IMG/VR virus record: IMGVR_UViG_2775506767_000005 | Span: 1-64,000 of that record | Source of the DNA: a virus | Lineage: Duplodnaviria; Caudoviricetes | Strand: one strand, 5' to 3' | Length of the DNA: 64,000 bases | Shown: piece after piece, positions 26,015-37,836 of the stretch | How positions within the stretch are numbered: position 1 is the stretch's first letter | Layout of the letters: each line of letters begins with the position of its first letter | Program-made: the position numbers and the translations under genes | Notes under the pieces: model-generated | Databases searched by the model: none | What the model was told of the DNA's origin: nothing | What the model saw: only the letters and a program-made list of their open reading frames with translations

Positions 26015-26407
26015 GTGAAAATCGAACCCTCCCTGCAGATCATTCCTGGAGGCTCTGCCTTCAAGTCTCACGGCGGTCGGTTTGGCTATCGCGTCATCGG
26101 CCCTGTCTGCAGGCTCTACGACCGAAACGAGCTGCCCTGGCCATCCTGCAGCCTGAGTTGGAGAGGCAAGCAGCCAAGCTGGAACCGGGTCGGAAAGCGC
26201 TTGATTCCAGACATGGCGGCGGCGAGATGTCCCAGCTACCAGGTCGAGGGTGTCGACGCTTACGGCAACACCTGGACACAGTCAATGACCCTTTACGAGG
26301 AGAAGCTCGTCAGTGATCTCAAACATTGGTGGATCACAAGGAAGCCTCAGAGTCAGGGCTATCCCGAACTTCCGCCCCAATCGCTCGGAGACTCCGATCA
26401 TGTTTGA
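26015..26407 (+). CDS. Hypothetical protein
   Basis: 130 aa, Trp/Pro-rich. Overlaps the next start. Confidence 0.6.
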   Translation: MKIEPSLQIIPGGSAFKSHGGRFGYRVIGPVCRLYDRNELPWPSCSLSWRGKQPSWNRVGKRLIPDMAAARCPSYQVEGVDAYGNTWTQSMTLYEEKLVSDLKHWWITRKPQSQGYPELPPQSLGDSDHV

Positions 26408-26672
26408 CGACTTGACCGATCATGGTTCGAATAGTTATAAAGATTTCATCGAGGCAATTTTGCTCGATACAAGCCACGACCTGCCTGCCGGCTCAGAAGC
26501 AATGTCCCTCAAAGAACTCAACATTCAGATCGATTGCGAGCTTCTTGAGGAGGCCCTGAGCGACTTCCTTCAAATTCCACTAGCCCGCCGCTCTGCCGCT
26601 ATTGCTGATTTCGCAGAAGCTGACCCAGCCCTCGCGAAGAAGCTACACCTCGAGCTTCTTTTTCAGTCTTGA
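26400..26672 (+). CDS. Hypothetical protein
   Basis: ATG at 26400 (MFDDLTD), part of a coupled operon. Confidence 0.55.
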   Translation: MFDDLTDHGSNSYKDFIEAILLDTSHDLPAGSEAMSLKELNIQIDCELLEEALSDFLQIPLARRSAAIADFAEADPALAKKLHLELLFQS

Positions 26673-26863
26673 CTGATCAGCATTCGAACAAGTACAGGGC
26701 CATGAGTCAAATCGCCAGCCGCAATCCAGTCGTCCATCTATTGAGCGAACAGCTCGATACAGCTCTTGACGCTTACGGCCAAGACCAAAGCGAGGTCAAC
26801 CGGTATCAGGTAGCCGTCGCCTCACAGCGTCTCATGAGCGCTGCTCGTGAGCTGGGGGTTTGA
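26669..26863 (+). CDS. Hypothetical protein
   Basis: 64 aa, overlapping stop/start on both sides. Confidence 0.5.
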   Translation: MTDQHSNKYRAMSQIASRNPVVHLLSEQLDTALDAYGQDQSEVNRYQVAVASQRLMSAARELGV

Positions 26864-27546
26864 TGTTCCGCTCCCTGGTCGGGGCCTCCGCCTGCTTTGC
26901 CTGCCTAGCCCCCCTGCCTCACAGTTCCCCGCCTGTCCAGCCGCCACCGCCAGGGGCAATCAGGACCATGTCATTTCAGCAGCTTACGGAGAGCGAACAA
27001 ACAGCAATAGTGGCCCGCGCTCTCAGCCCACTCCTCGATGCAATCGCCGATGTAGAGGGTGGCTCTCAGAGTCTCAACGCTGCAAATAGGGGCCGCGCTG
27101 GCGACACCCCCGGCGGATGCCTCAGCGTCCTCGGGCGCAACTGCACCGACATGACCGTGGGCGAAGTGATCCAGGCTCAGCGCTGGTCAATCTTTGCCGT
27201 CGGCGCTTATCAATTCGTCCCCTGCACGCTCAAATCGTTGATCGCTAAAAGCGGATTTAATTCTGCGCGTCGTTTTGACAAGGTCACTCAGCAAGAGCTA
27301 GCCGTTTTAAACATTAAATACATGAGGCCGCAGGTCTGGGCCTATGTCCTGGGCGAGCCCGTAAGTGCTTACCGTGCGGCTCTCGAGATGGCCAAGGAGT
27401 GGGCATCGGTCGGACACCCTTCCGACAATCGGTCTTATTACGCGGGTGGCCGCGGCGGCAACAAAGCCAAGATCTCGACCTCGTTTGTCAGCCAAACATT
27501 GAGGGACGTTCGCGGAACACTGTCTCGGCCTCAGGTGATCCGATGA
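26860..27546 (+). CDS. Lysozyme-like muramidase / lytic transglycosylase with N-terminal signal
   Basis: 'LLDAIA.VEG...NA.NRG', 'TDMTVGEVIQ.Q', 'AVGAYQF.P.TL', 'F...TQ..LA' and 'AKEWAS' lysozyme-superfamily motifs. Confidence 0.8.
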   Translation: MMFRSLVGASACFACLAPLPHSSPPVQPPPPGAIRTMSFQQLTESEQTAIVARALSPLLDAIADVEGGSQSLNAANRGRAGDTPGGCLSVLGRNCTDMTVGEVIQAQRWSIFAVGAYQFVPCTLKSLIAKSGFNSARRFDKVTQQELAVLNIKYMRPQVWAYVLGEPVSAYRAALEMAKEWASVGHPSDNRSYYAGGRGGNKAKISTSFVSQTLRDVRGTLSRPQVIR

Positions 27547-27818
27547 GACTTGATGATGAGTTCGGGCGCTTCCTGGCCTTTGCCATCGCCATACGTCGCC
27601 GTGACGAGGTAGCGGTCAAACAGTTCGCGACCAAGATGGCCACAGAGTTGGTCGAAGATTTTGAGATACAAGAGGCTTTAAAGAACACCACAATCAGAAA
27701 CGCTGAGGGGCGCCGCCGCCAGGAAGAGAAACTTGAAACCGAGATGACTCAATACATGAAGCAGCTCGGCTCGTTAGTTGATGAAGATGGAATGGACTGG
27801 CTGAGAGAGCAGATCTGA
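27543..27818 (+). CDS. Hypothetical protein
   Basis: ATGA-coupled to the lysozyme stop. 91 aa. Confidence 0.5.
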   Translation: MRLDDEFGRFLAFAIAIRRRDEVAVKQFATKMATELVEDFEIQEALKNTTIRNAEGRRRQEEKLETEMTQYMKQLGSLVDEDGMDWLREQI

Positions 27819-27854
27819 TATTCGGAACCCTTGAGGGATTCCAGACGTGCTCCT

Positions 27855-28313
27855 GTGACCTACTACGAAACCAGCGCGGTCCCTGACATCTCAACGGTCT
27901 GGGGCGAAAATGCAGCTCCCCTAAGCCAGACCAGAGAAGAGACAAGAGAGGACCTGCGCCGCATCCTGAATATCCCAGTAAGTCTTGAGGGCCTAGGCAA
28001 TCTGACCCGTCAAATGAACGCAACCGCTGAGCTTTCTGGCTCCGCCGCTGCAGGCATCGAAGCAAATATCGGGGAGTACAAAACGCTCGAAACCAGCCGA
28101 ACCGCGATCCAGAACAAAGCTTCGTGGGATGGGAGCGCACCACTGAAAAAAGCAGACGTCGTGGAGTACGACACAAGCCTTCTCGCCAGACCTGACGCGA
28201 TCATCGCCCAGACGCAGGGGATCAACGCCCGCATGGGCCAGCTCGAAATGGAGATTCGCGTCTCATTAGGTCTGACGCCTGGACATGGCACCGCTCGCCT
28301 GTATCGCAGCTAA
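27855..28313 (+). CDS. Probable head-tail adaptor/connector
   Basis: First gene of the neck cluster after the box at 27824. 'KKADVVEY' resembles 'K.D..EY' adaptor motifs. Called mainly on size and position. Confidence 0.5.
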   Translation: MTYYETSAVPDISTVWGENAAPLSQTREETREDLRRILNIPVSLEGLGNLTRQMNATAELSGSAAAGIEANIGEYKTLETSRTAIQNKASWDGSAPLKKADVVEYDTSLLARPDAIIAQTQGINARMGQLEMEIRVSLGLTPGHGTARLYRS

Positions 28314-28786
28314 TGGCATCCCCACTCGCACAATTCGCTAACGCTCGAATCCTCTTCAAAGCCTCAGGCGCTCGCACTAACGGCCGAGACGGATTCAAGG
28401 TTGCGGAGGGTCAGTCTTATTTGATCCAAGCCTTTTTGAAACGCAGGTCCACCCCAGGACTGCTCGACGACCGACTAGGCCTCCCGGCAGTCGATGGAAT
28501 GCCACTGCAATGGCAGGGGTATGTCATCAACTTTGCGCCAGTCAGCAGCGCAGAGTCCGCCGTCTTTCACTCGATCGACTTGGCAGGCTTGGCCTTCGAC
28601 GAGTCGATGGCTCTTCCCGCAGAAGTACGAAGAGACTCGAAGGGCACTCTGCATGTTCCGGGTCATGAGCTGATTGAGATCAGATTCACCGACAAGGCCG
28701 GAAAGTTTGGAAGCGAGGGCATTGGCGGGATCATCCGAGGCGTTCTTGGCGACTCGCTATTCCTCGAAGGGGGACAAATCGGATGA
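28313..28786 (+). CDS. Probable head closure/stopper protein
   Basis: 157 aa beta-rich protein coupled between the adaptor and the tail-completion gene. Confidence 0.45.
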   Translation: MASPLAQFANARILFKASGARTNGRDGFKVAEGQSYLIQAFLKRRSTPGLLDDRLGLPAVDGMPLQWQGYVINFAPVSSAESAVFHSIDLAGLAFDESMALPAEVRRDSKGTLHVPGHELIEIRFTDKAGKFGSEGIGGIIRGVLGDSLFLEGGQIG

Positions 28787-29328
28787 CCAATATTCGCGCA
28801 ACAATTGGGTTCGAAGTCACGTCCGACATCGAGGGAAAGCTGCGCCTAGCAACAGAACAAGCGTTTGCTCAGGTTGCTGGTGAGCTGACTGGACGCCTTG
28901 ATGCGGCCGTGTCAGGTGACCATTGGCCATGGCCTGACGCAACACCTCGCTTCGGCGGCTCCAGGGATCTTCAATCTGCTGCTGATAACTGGAACACGTA
29001 CCTGACAGGCAATGGCATGGGTCAGCGGCCAAAATCCGTGGCGGGCTCTCCTCGTTCGATTGTCGACAGCGGCAACCTCAAGCAATCCAGAGACTTCAGC
29101 CTGAATCGCGCCACCTTGCAAGCCGAATGGAACTGGAACGCCGACTATGCGGCTGCGGTTCATGAAGGCGCATATATCCACCCGTTTGGCAACCGAAATA
29201 AAATCGTGCAAATACCAGCGAGGCCCTGGACTCAGGCCGTGATCGAAGGCAACACGGTCGCCACGGGTATTCCGGTTTATCCCATAGCTGCAAACCTCAG
29301 GAAGTACATCAAGCAAAGGGTCGGCTGA
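28783..29328 (+). CDS. Tail completion protein (HK97 gp10-like)
   Basis: 'IVDSGNLKQS', 'W.ADYA..VHEG' and 'PARPW' motifs. Confidence 0.75.
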   Translation: MTNIRATIGFEVTSDIEGKLRLATEQAFAQVAGELTGRLDAAVSGDHWPWPDATPRFGGSRDLQSAADNWNTYLTGNGMGQRPKSVAGSPRSIVDSGNLKQSRDFSLNRATLQAEWNWNADYAAAVHEGAYIHPFGNRNKIVQIPARPWTQAVIEGNTVATGIPVYPIAANLRKYIKQRVG

Positions 29329-29361
29329 CCTCGGAACACTGGGCCAGTTCCCGGCTAACCC

Positions 29362-29910
29362 ATGGCAAAGCTGCCCTTTAAGACTGAGCCCAAGACCGAA
29401 ACTCGAGAGATTGGGAATGAGGATATCGGGATTCTCGAGTTCCCTGTCCTCAACGATCTGACGGTACGTGAGCAGGCTTTCATCACCGACAAACTGACGG
29501 CTAACTCCACATTTTTGGAGATTGCGCGAATCGCTAACAAGATTTCCAGGGCCACGAAGATGCAGCCCATTGCTGCTCATGCGTTCGTCACTAGGTGCGT
29601 CACCTTCCAGATGCTCGGCAAGGGGACTTTTGACGAGAGGGACGAGAACATGAGAATTAAATATGCTCGCGAATTGGAAGAGCTGGGCGCATACCTGCTT
29701 AAGTCGCAGTGGGAGCGTCAAGTGGTGACGGCAGCCGCTTTGATTCGATACCGCCTGAAGGGGATGGAGGAGTTCAGCGCTGAGGATGCACGGGACCTGA
29801 GCCAGACCTTGCTAACTGAGATTTACGCTTTCTCGCTGATAGAGACCGGCCAAGCAAGCGACCCAGAAGAGGAGCTGGAATCAGACGTGGCAACTGCCCT
29901 GGGAAAGTAG
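29362..29910 (+). CDS. Tail assembly chaperone (gpG-like)
   Basis: 182 aa ending in G GGA AAG TAG, the lambda-type slippery site. Confidence 0.7.
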   Translation: MAKLPFKTEPKTETREIGNEDIGILEFPVLNDLTVREQAFITDKLTANSTFLEIARIANKISRATKMQPIAAHAFVTRCVTFQMLGKGTFDERDENMRIKYARELEELGAYLLKSQWERQVVTAAALIRYRLKGMEEFSAEDARDLSQTLLTEIYAFSLIETGQASDPEEELESDVATALGK

Positions 29911-30542
29911 AAGACGGCAGCTATACGGAGCCAGAGCCTCTGAGCTGGGGAGATCTATTCTGGAGGGCAAAGCGCCTCTGGCCAGGCGACCCTCAGTTCT
30001 CAACCGAGAATTTTGGTGAGCTTCCGTCGCAATACGTTCTCCGAGCAATTGAAAAAGGCCAAGAGCTTCGGCGGCGCGAGTTGCATGAGGCGGAAATTGG
30101 TGTGGCCAACCTCACGGCCCTGACTGCCAACCTGAATCGCGACACAAAAAAGAGCAGGACCCCTTACAAGGCGGCTGACTTCTGCTTCTTTGCCAACAGT
30201 GCGGAGCGCAATGATCCGGATGAGATCAACGCTGCGGCATATTTCGCATTACTTGAAAGCAAGCAGCTTCCGACCTGGGCTCTATTCATTTACTCAGAGA
30301 TGAAAAAAATAAATACATCCATGGAGCCTCCGGAGCCTTTAGCGGCCATTGGAGATGGATTCCTGCTACTTGCACCTGAGCAGGTTAATGGTGGCATAGA
30401 GGGTCTTCTGATTGCGGAGAAGAGAGTCTCGGGTCAGGTTGTAGAGGTTAAAATAGGCCGCATAAAAGCTAAAATTACATGTCCAGAATTTGAGGAAATG
30501 CTGCTAGCTCGCGAGCACGTTTTTGTCAGTATTGATCGGTAG
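29901..30542 (+). CDS. -1 frameshift extension of the tail chaperone (gpGT-like)
   Basis: The -1 frame is open from GGG at 29901 for 60 codons into the annotated 30081..30542 ORF, with no ATG in that stretch. Confidence 0.7.
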   Translation, partial: GKVEDGSYTEPEPLSWGDLFWRAKRLWPGDPQFSTENFGELPSQYVLRAIEKGQELRRRELHEAEIGVANLTALTANLNRDTKKSRTPYKAADFCFFANSAERNDPDEINAAAYFALLESKQLPTWALFIYSEMKKINTSMEPPEPLAAIGDGFLLLAPEQVNGGIEGLLIAEKRVSGQVVEVKIGRIKAKITCPEFEEMLLAREHVFVSIDR

Positions 30543-30908
30543 CTGGCGTAATACTTGTCCAGTACTTAGCCAATGCCGGATCTCTATTTCGCGCCAATCT
30601 GAGTGAAAATCCTGTTCACGAAACCATGAAATCCAGTCCCGTGATCCCTTGTTAGCGTTGCAATGTCGACAGGCTGGGATGCAATTACTTGTCATGTCCT
30701 TGCCGCCGTGGGCCTTAGGTTTCACATGATCAATAGTGAGCGATTTATCATCGATAGGTGTGGCATTGCAGTAGGCGCAGCGGTCACCCCAAGCGGCTTT
30801 GATTGCACGTCGCCAGAGTCGACGCGCTTCGGCGGATGTCATGGCTTCTAAGTGGTAAAGGTGTTCAGACGGTGACTCCCTAAGCGGGAGATTTTGCTGT
30901 GCAATCAC
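30504..30908 (-). CDS. HNH endonuclease
   Basis: 'CAYC.....LTIDHVKP...GG.D..SN.IPAC..CN..KG'. CCGGAATCCT box on the minus strand near 30978-30987. Confidence 0.9.
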   Translation of the reverse strand: MIAQQNLPLRESPSEHLYHLEAMTSAEARRLWRRAIKAAWGDRCAYCNATPIDDKSLTIDHVKPKAHGGKDMTSNCIPACRHCNANKGSRDWISWFREQDFHSDWREIEIRHWLSTGQVLRQLPINTDKNVLAS

Positions 30909-31047
30909 TTAGAAGTTCGAGCCTTAACCGTTGACAGATGCTTGAAAAACATGTGGACCCTCTGGGCTGTCTGCCCAAGGATTCCGGGCGTCATCAGTGA
31001 TACAAAATCATTCAATCGGAAGCCTGTTGAGACGTGATAAAAGACCC

Positions 31048-31470
31048 ATGGCATTCGTTGAAATCGATTCCGCGGAAATCATTTATGACGTCCTGGCGTC
31101 TGATTCAGCCTTCTCGGCTTTGATCGGTTCGCTTGAATTCGAAGATGGGAATCAAGACGCTCTCTTAGTCGCTTTGGCCTCAAAACCTCTCGAAGGTATT
31201 GACGGCGCGTCTGGGCTGCTAGTTGTTATCGATAAAGATCCTCAAGTGACATCAAAGCGATTGCTTACTACTCAAGTAGTGATCGATCGAATGTTCACGA
31301 TCCGTCTGATCCAGTTCCCGAGCGTCTCCCGCAACCTGCGGGCCGCTACTGAGCGACTCCTCCACATCTTCCCTGGCGCAACAGCGATTCCTCTTGCTGG
31401 CCCTGACCTGCTGTCTGGCGACGGCCAATCAGTCATAAAGCTGCCATCAAATCCTGTTGCACAGACCTAG
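31048..31470 (+). CDS. Probable tail terminator
   Basis: 140 aa immediately upstream of the tail tube gene. Box at 31018. Confidence 0.5.
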   Translation: MAFVEIDSAEIIYDVLASDSAFSALIGSLEFEDGNQDALLVALASKPLEGIDGASGLLVVIDKDPQVTSKRLLTTQVVIDRMFTIRLIQFPSVSRNLRAATERLLHIFPGATAIPLAGPDLLSGDGQSVIKLPSNPVAQT

Positions 31471-31546
31471 TCACGGTTCGAACTGTGACTACTCCGGAAC
31501 CCTGAAAGGACCGGGGAATTGATCACCCTTTTACTCACTCATTGCA

Positions 31547-32131
31547 ATGGCAAATTTTTCATCCGCGTTCGGCTTCAAGGTCTACTTAGTCCCTTGCCTG
31601 GCCACAGCGGTCAACGTAAGCAGCGTGACTGGCGGTGTTGGCGCAACTGGATTCATCGCCCTGGGCGCATCAGAAGCCAACGTTGTGGCAACTGATGCCG
31701 TGGTCACCGAGGGCACAGTGACCGAAATCAATGTCGGCGGTTCTGACATCGTTGCAGGCGCTGTGACCCCAGTCGAACTGCTCGGATTGACAGACGCTTC
31801 TCTGTCTACCGACACCTCGTCCGAAGAAGTTGTGACCTACTCCGACGACTCCGGCTACGGCCAGAGCGTTGCGACTTCCAAGAGCTGGTCAATCAGCCTT
31901 TCTGGAGTGACCGACTTCAATGATGCCGGCTATCAGGTCATGCGTCTCGCAGAGAAGAACAACGTGGCCGGCGGCATTCGCGTCAAGATCGGCCGAACGA
32001 CTCCTGCAGGCGAGCAAATTTACGGCTACGCAACTCTTCAGAGCTTCTCCGAAAGTGTCGAGGCTGGCTCGATTGTGACCTACACAATCGAAGCCGCTGG
32101 TTACGGCGCACTGGGTCTCGGCCTTGCTTAG
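31547..32131 (+). CDS. Major tail tube protein
   Basis: 'LLGLTDASL....E.VTY.D..GY...VATSKSWSISLSG..D..D.GY' and 'G.A.L..FSES..AG.IVTY' TTP motifs. Confidence 0.85.
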   Translation: MANFSSAFGFKVYLVPCLATAVNVSSVTGGVGATGFIALGASEANVVATDAVVTEGTVTEINVGGSDIVAGAVTPVELLGLTDASLSTDTSSEEVVTYSDDSGYGQSVATSKSWSISLSGVTDFNDAGYQVMRLAEKNNVAGGIRVKIGRTTPAGEQIYGYATLQSFSESVEAGSIVTYTIEAAGYGALGLGLA

Positions 32132-32695
32132 CTGACTGGAGGGGCTGAAGGTGCGCTGAGAACCCTCAACGGTTCAAGCGTCACCACCTCCACCGGTTTC
32201 GCCAATCAGGACACCAATGGTGTTCTGGTTGACATCACCGGCCCTAACGGGGCTATCGGAACCGCTGACATCGTTACAGGCGGCGACCTCATGACAAACC
32301 TTGAGGTCATTCGCATCTCTAACGACAAATTCAGAGTTGGTGACACCATCACCTTCACTGAAAACGGCGGAACCGGTGTTGCAACTGCAATCGTCTCCGC
32401 TATTCATGAAGGTCAAAAAATTGGCGTCATCTCTGGCGCCGTGGCCTTCAACACCGACAACCCGTTCACCGCTGCTGACACCTCTGGTGTTGCTGTCACC
32501 TTCATTCCTTCGGCTGGCGTCAGCGGCCAGCTTGGAGCCGGCCTAGCCGGAACAGTTACAACCTCAGGCCCAACGCTGCTCGACAGCGTTCAGCTCACAG
32601 ATGGCGGCTACGGATTCATGATCGACGACATCATCGAGGTCAACGAAGTTGGCGGACAAGGTGAAGGCCACTTCCGCGTTACTTCTCTCGCTTAA
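32132..32695 (+). CDS. C-terminal extension of the tail tube protein (candidate TAG readthrough) or a separate small gene from ATG 32291
   Basis: Same frame as the tail tube gene, open from the codon after the TAG. It has a two-repeat structure whose first repeat begins upstream of the first ATG. Confidence 0.65.
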   Translation: MTGGAEGALRTLNGSSVTTSTGFANQDTNGVLVDITGPNGAIGTADIVTGGDLMTNLEVIRISNDKFRVGDTITFTENGGTGVATAIVSAIHEGQKIGVISGAVAFNTDNPFTAADTSGVAVTFIPSAGVSGQLGAGLAGTVTTSGPTLLDSVQLTDGGYGFMIDDIIEVNEVGGQGEGHFRVTSLA

Positions 32696-32738
32696 ACTAC
32701 CTAACCTCAGCCCTTAGGAAGAACTACGGCATACTCAA

Positions 32739-32765
32739 GGCTCGCCAATTGGCGGGCCATTTTTA
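32739..32765 (+). terminator. Intrinsic terminator
   Basis: GGCTCGCC-AATT-GGCGGGCC followed by an A/T tract. Confidence 0.7.
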
Positions 32766-32798
32766 TTGGAACCCTAGTCGGAATCTAGGGGCCTACGA

Positions 32799-37031
<4,233 letters not shown>

Positions 37032-37065
37032 TCGGAATGCTGAGGGGTCGAGAGGCCCCTTTTCA

Positions 37066-37413
37066 ATGTTTGATTTCTCATCCCCTGAGTCCTCGCTGCA
37101 AATGCTGCAAGACGCAAGACGGGCGAGCCCTGGAGGTGGTCCTGGTATTAGCGAACTGCCGCTAGACGAGCAGTCGGAGTATGAGCTGAAGTGTTCGCTC
37201 GCCTACGCATATTCCGTTGCTCGGGTGGCCCTTAACGAATACGGGGAGGATGTGGCGATGTTGGCTAAGGCTGAGTTTGACCGGGTTTGGTTAGCGCTGA
37301 TTGATGTCGATGAAGAGTTTAAAAAGAACGTGATATCGGGAACTGCGCGGCCTCCTATTGGAGCGGCCAAGCCTTACCAGGACTTCGCCAAGGGCAAAAC
37401 TTCGGAACTCTAG
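37066..37413 (+). CDS. Hypothetical protein
   Basis: 115 aa. GGAATGCT box at 37034. Confidence 0.6.
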   Translation: MFDFSSPESSLQMLQDARRASPGGGPGISELPLDEQSEYELKCSLAYAYSVARVALNEYGEDVAMLAKAEFDRVWLALIDVDEEFKKNVISGTARPPIGAAKPYQDFAKGKTSEL

Positions 37414-37432
37414 GGGCAGTAGTCAGCCCCTC

Positions 37433-37834
37433 ATGTCAGCGATCGGCGTAGCTTATGCCTCACAATCAGGCGGCGGGACTTACAACGTCGTCATAGATCT
37501 ATTTAGCGGCGGAGAGGTAGCGAGGGCCTATGAATCCACCGCTCAGTTCTCTAGGGGCGTATCTGGGCAGCAAATAATCACAGGCCGCCCAGGTCGCCAA
37601 AAATTCATCTGGGCCATCTCTGGCCTTCTCGCGGAAGCCGACGCCAAAGAGCTCGACGACATGTTTAAGGCGTGGGATACAGACAGAAGCGCAGGCCTTG
37701 CGGCAGCCGTAGGCATTACGGACGAAACCCTGTTCGACACGTTGACTTCGAGCGCAGTTTTCTCTACGCCTCCCTCGTTCATCAGAACAGGGCCAAACCA
37801 CCTAACAGCCTCCTTTGGATTGGCGGAGGTTTGA
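37433..37834 (+). CDS. Probable distal tail protein
   Basis: 133 aa from ATG at 37433, following the tape measure. Box at 37404. Confidence 0.55.
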   Translation: MSAIGVAYASQSGGGTYNVVIDLFSGGEVARAYESTAQFSRGVSGQQIITGRPGRQKFIWAISGLLAEADAKELDDMFKAWDTDRSAGLAAAVGITDETLFDTLTSSAVFSTPPSFIRTGPNHLTASFGLAEV

Positions 37835-37836
37835 CC

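Noticed and set aside
30504-30908. HNH as part of an intron or mobile homing element
   Set aside because: The neighbouring genes are not split, no group I or II intron structure is seen, and the gene has its own late box, which fits a resident phage HNH.
32129-32131. Genome-wide TAG reassignment (alternative genetic code)
   Set aside because: Other genes end cleanly at TAG followed by terminators, late boxes or a next gene (13138, 19468, 31470, 40155, 41168), and long genes contain no internal TAG.
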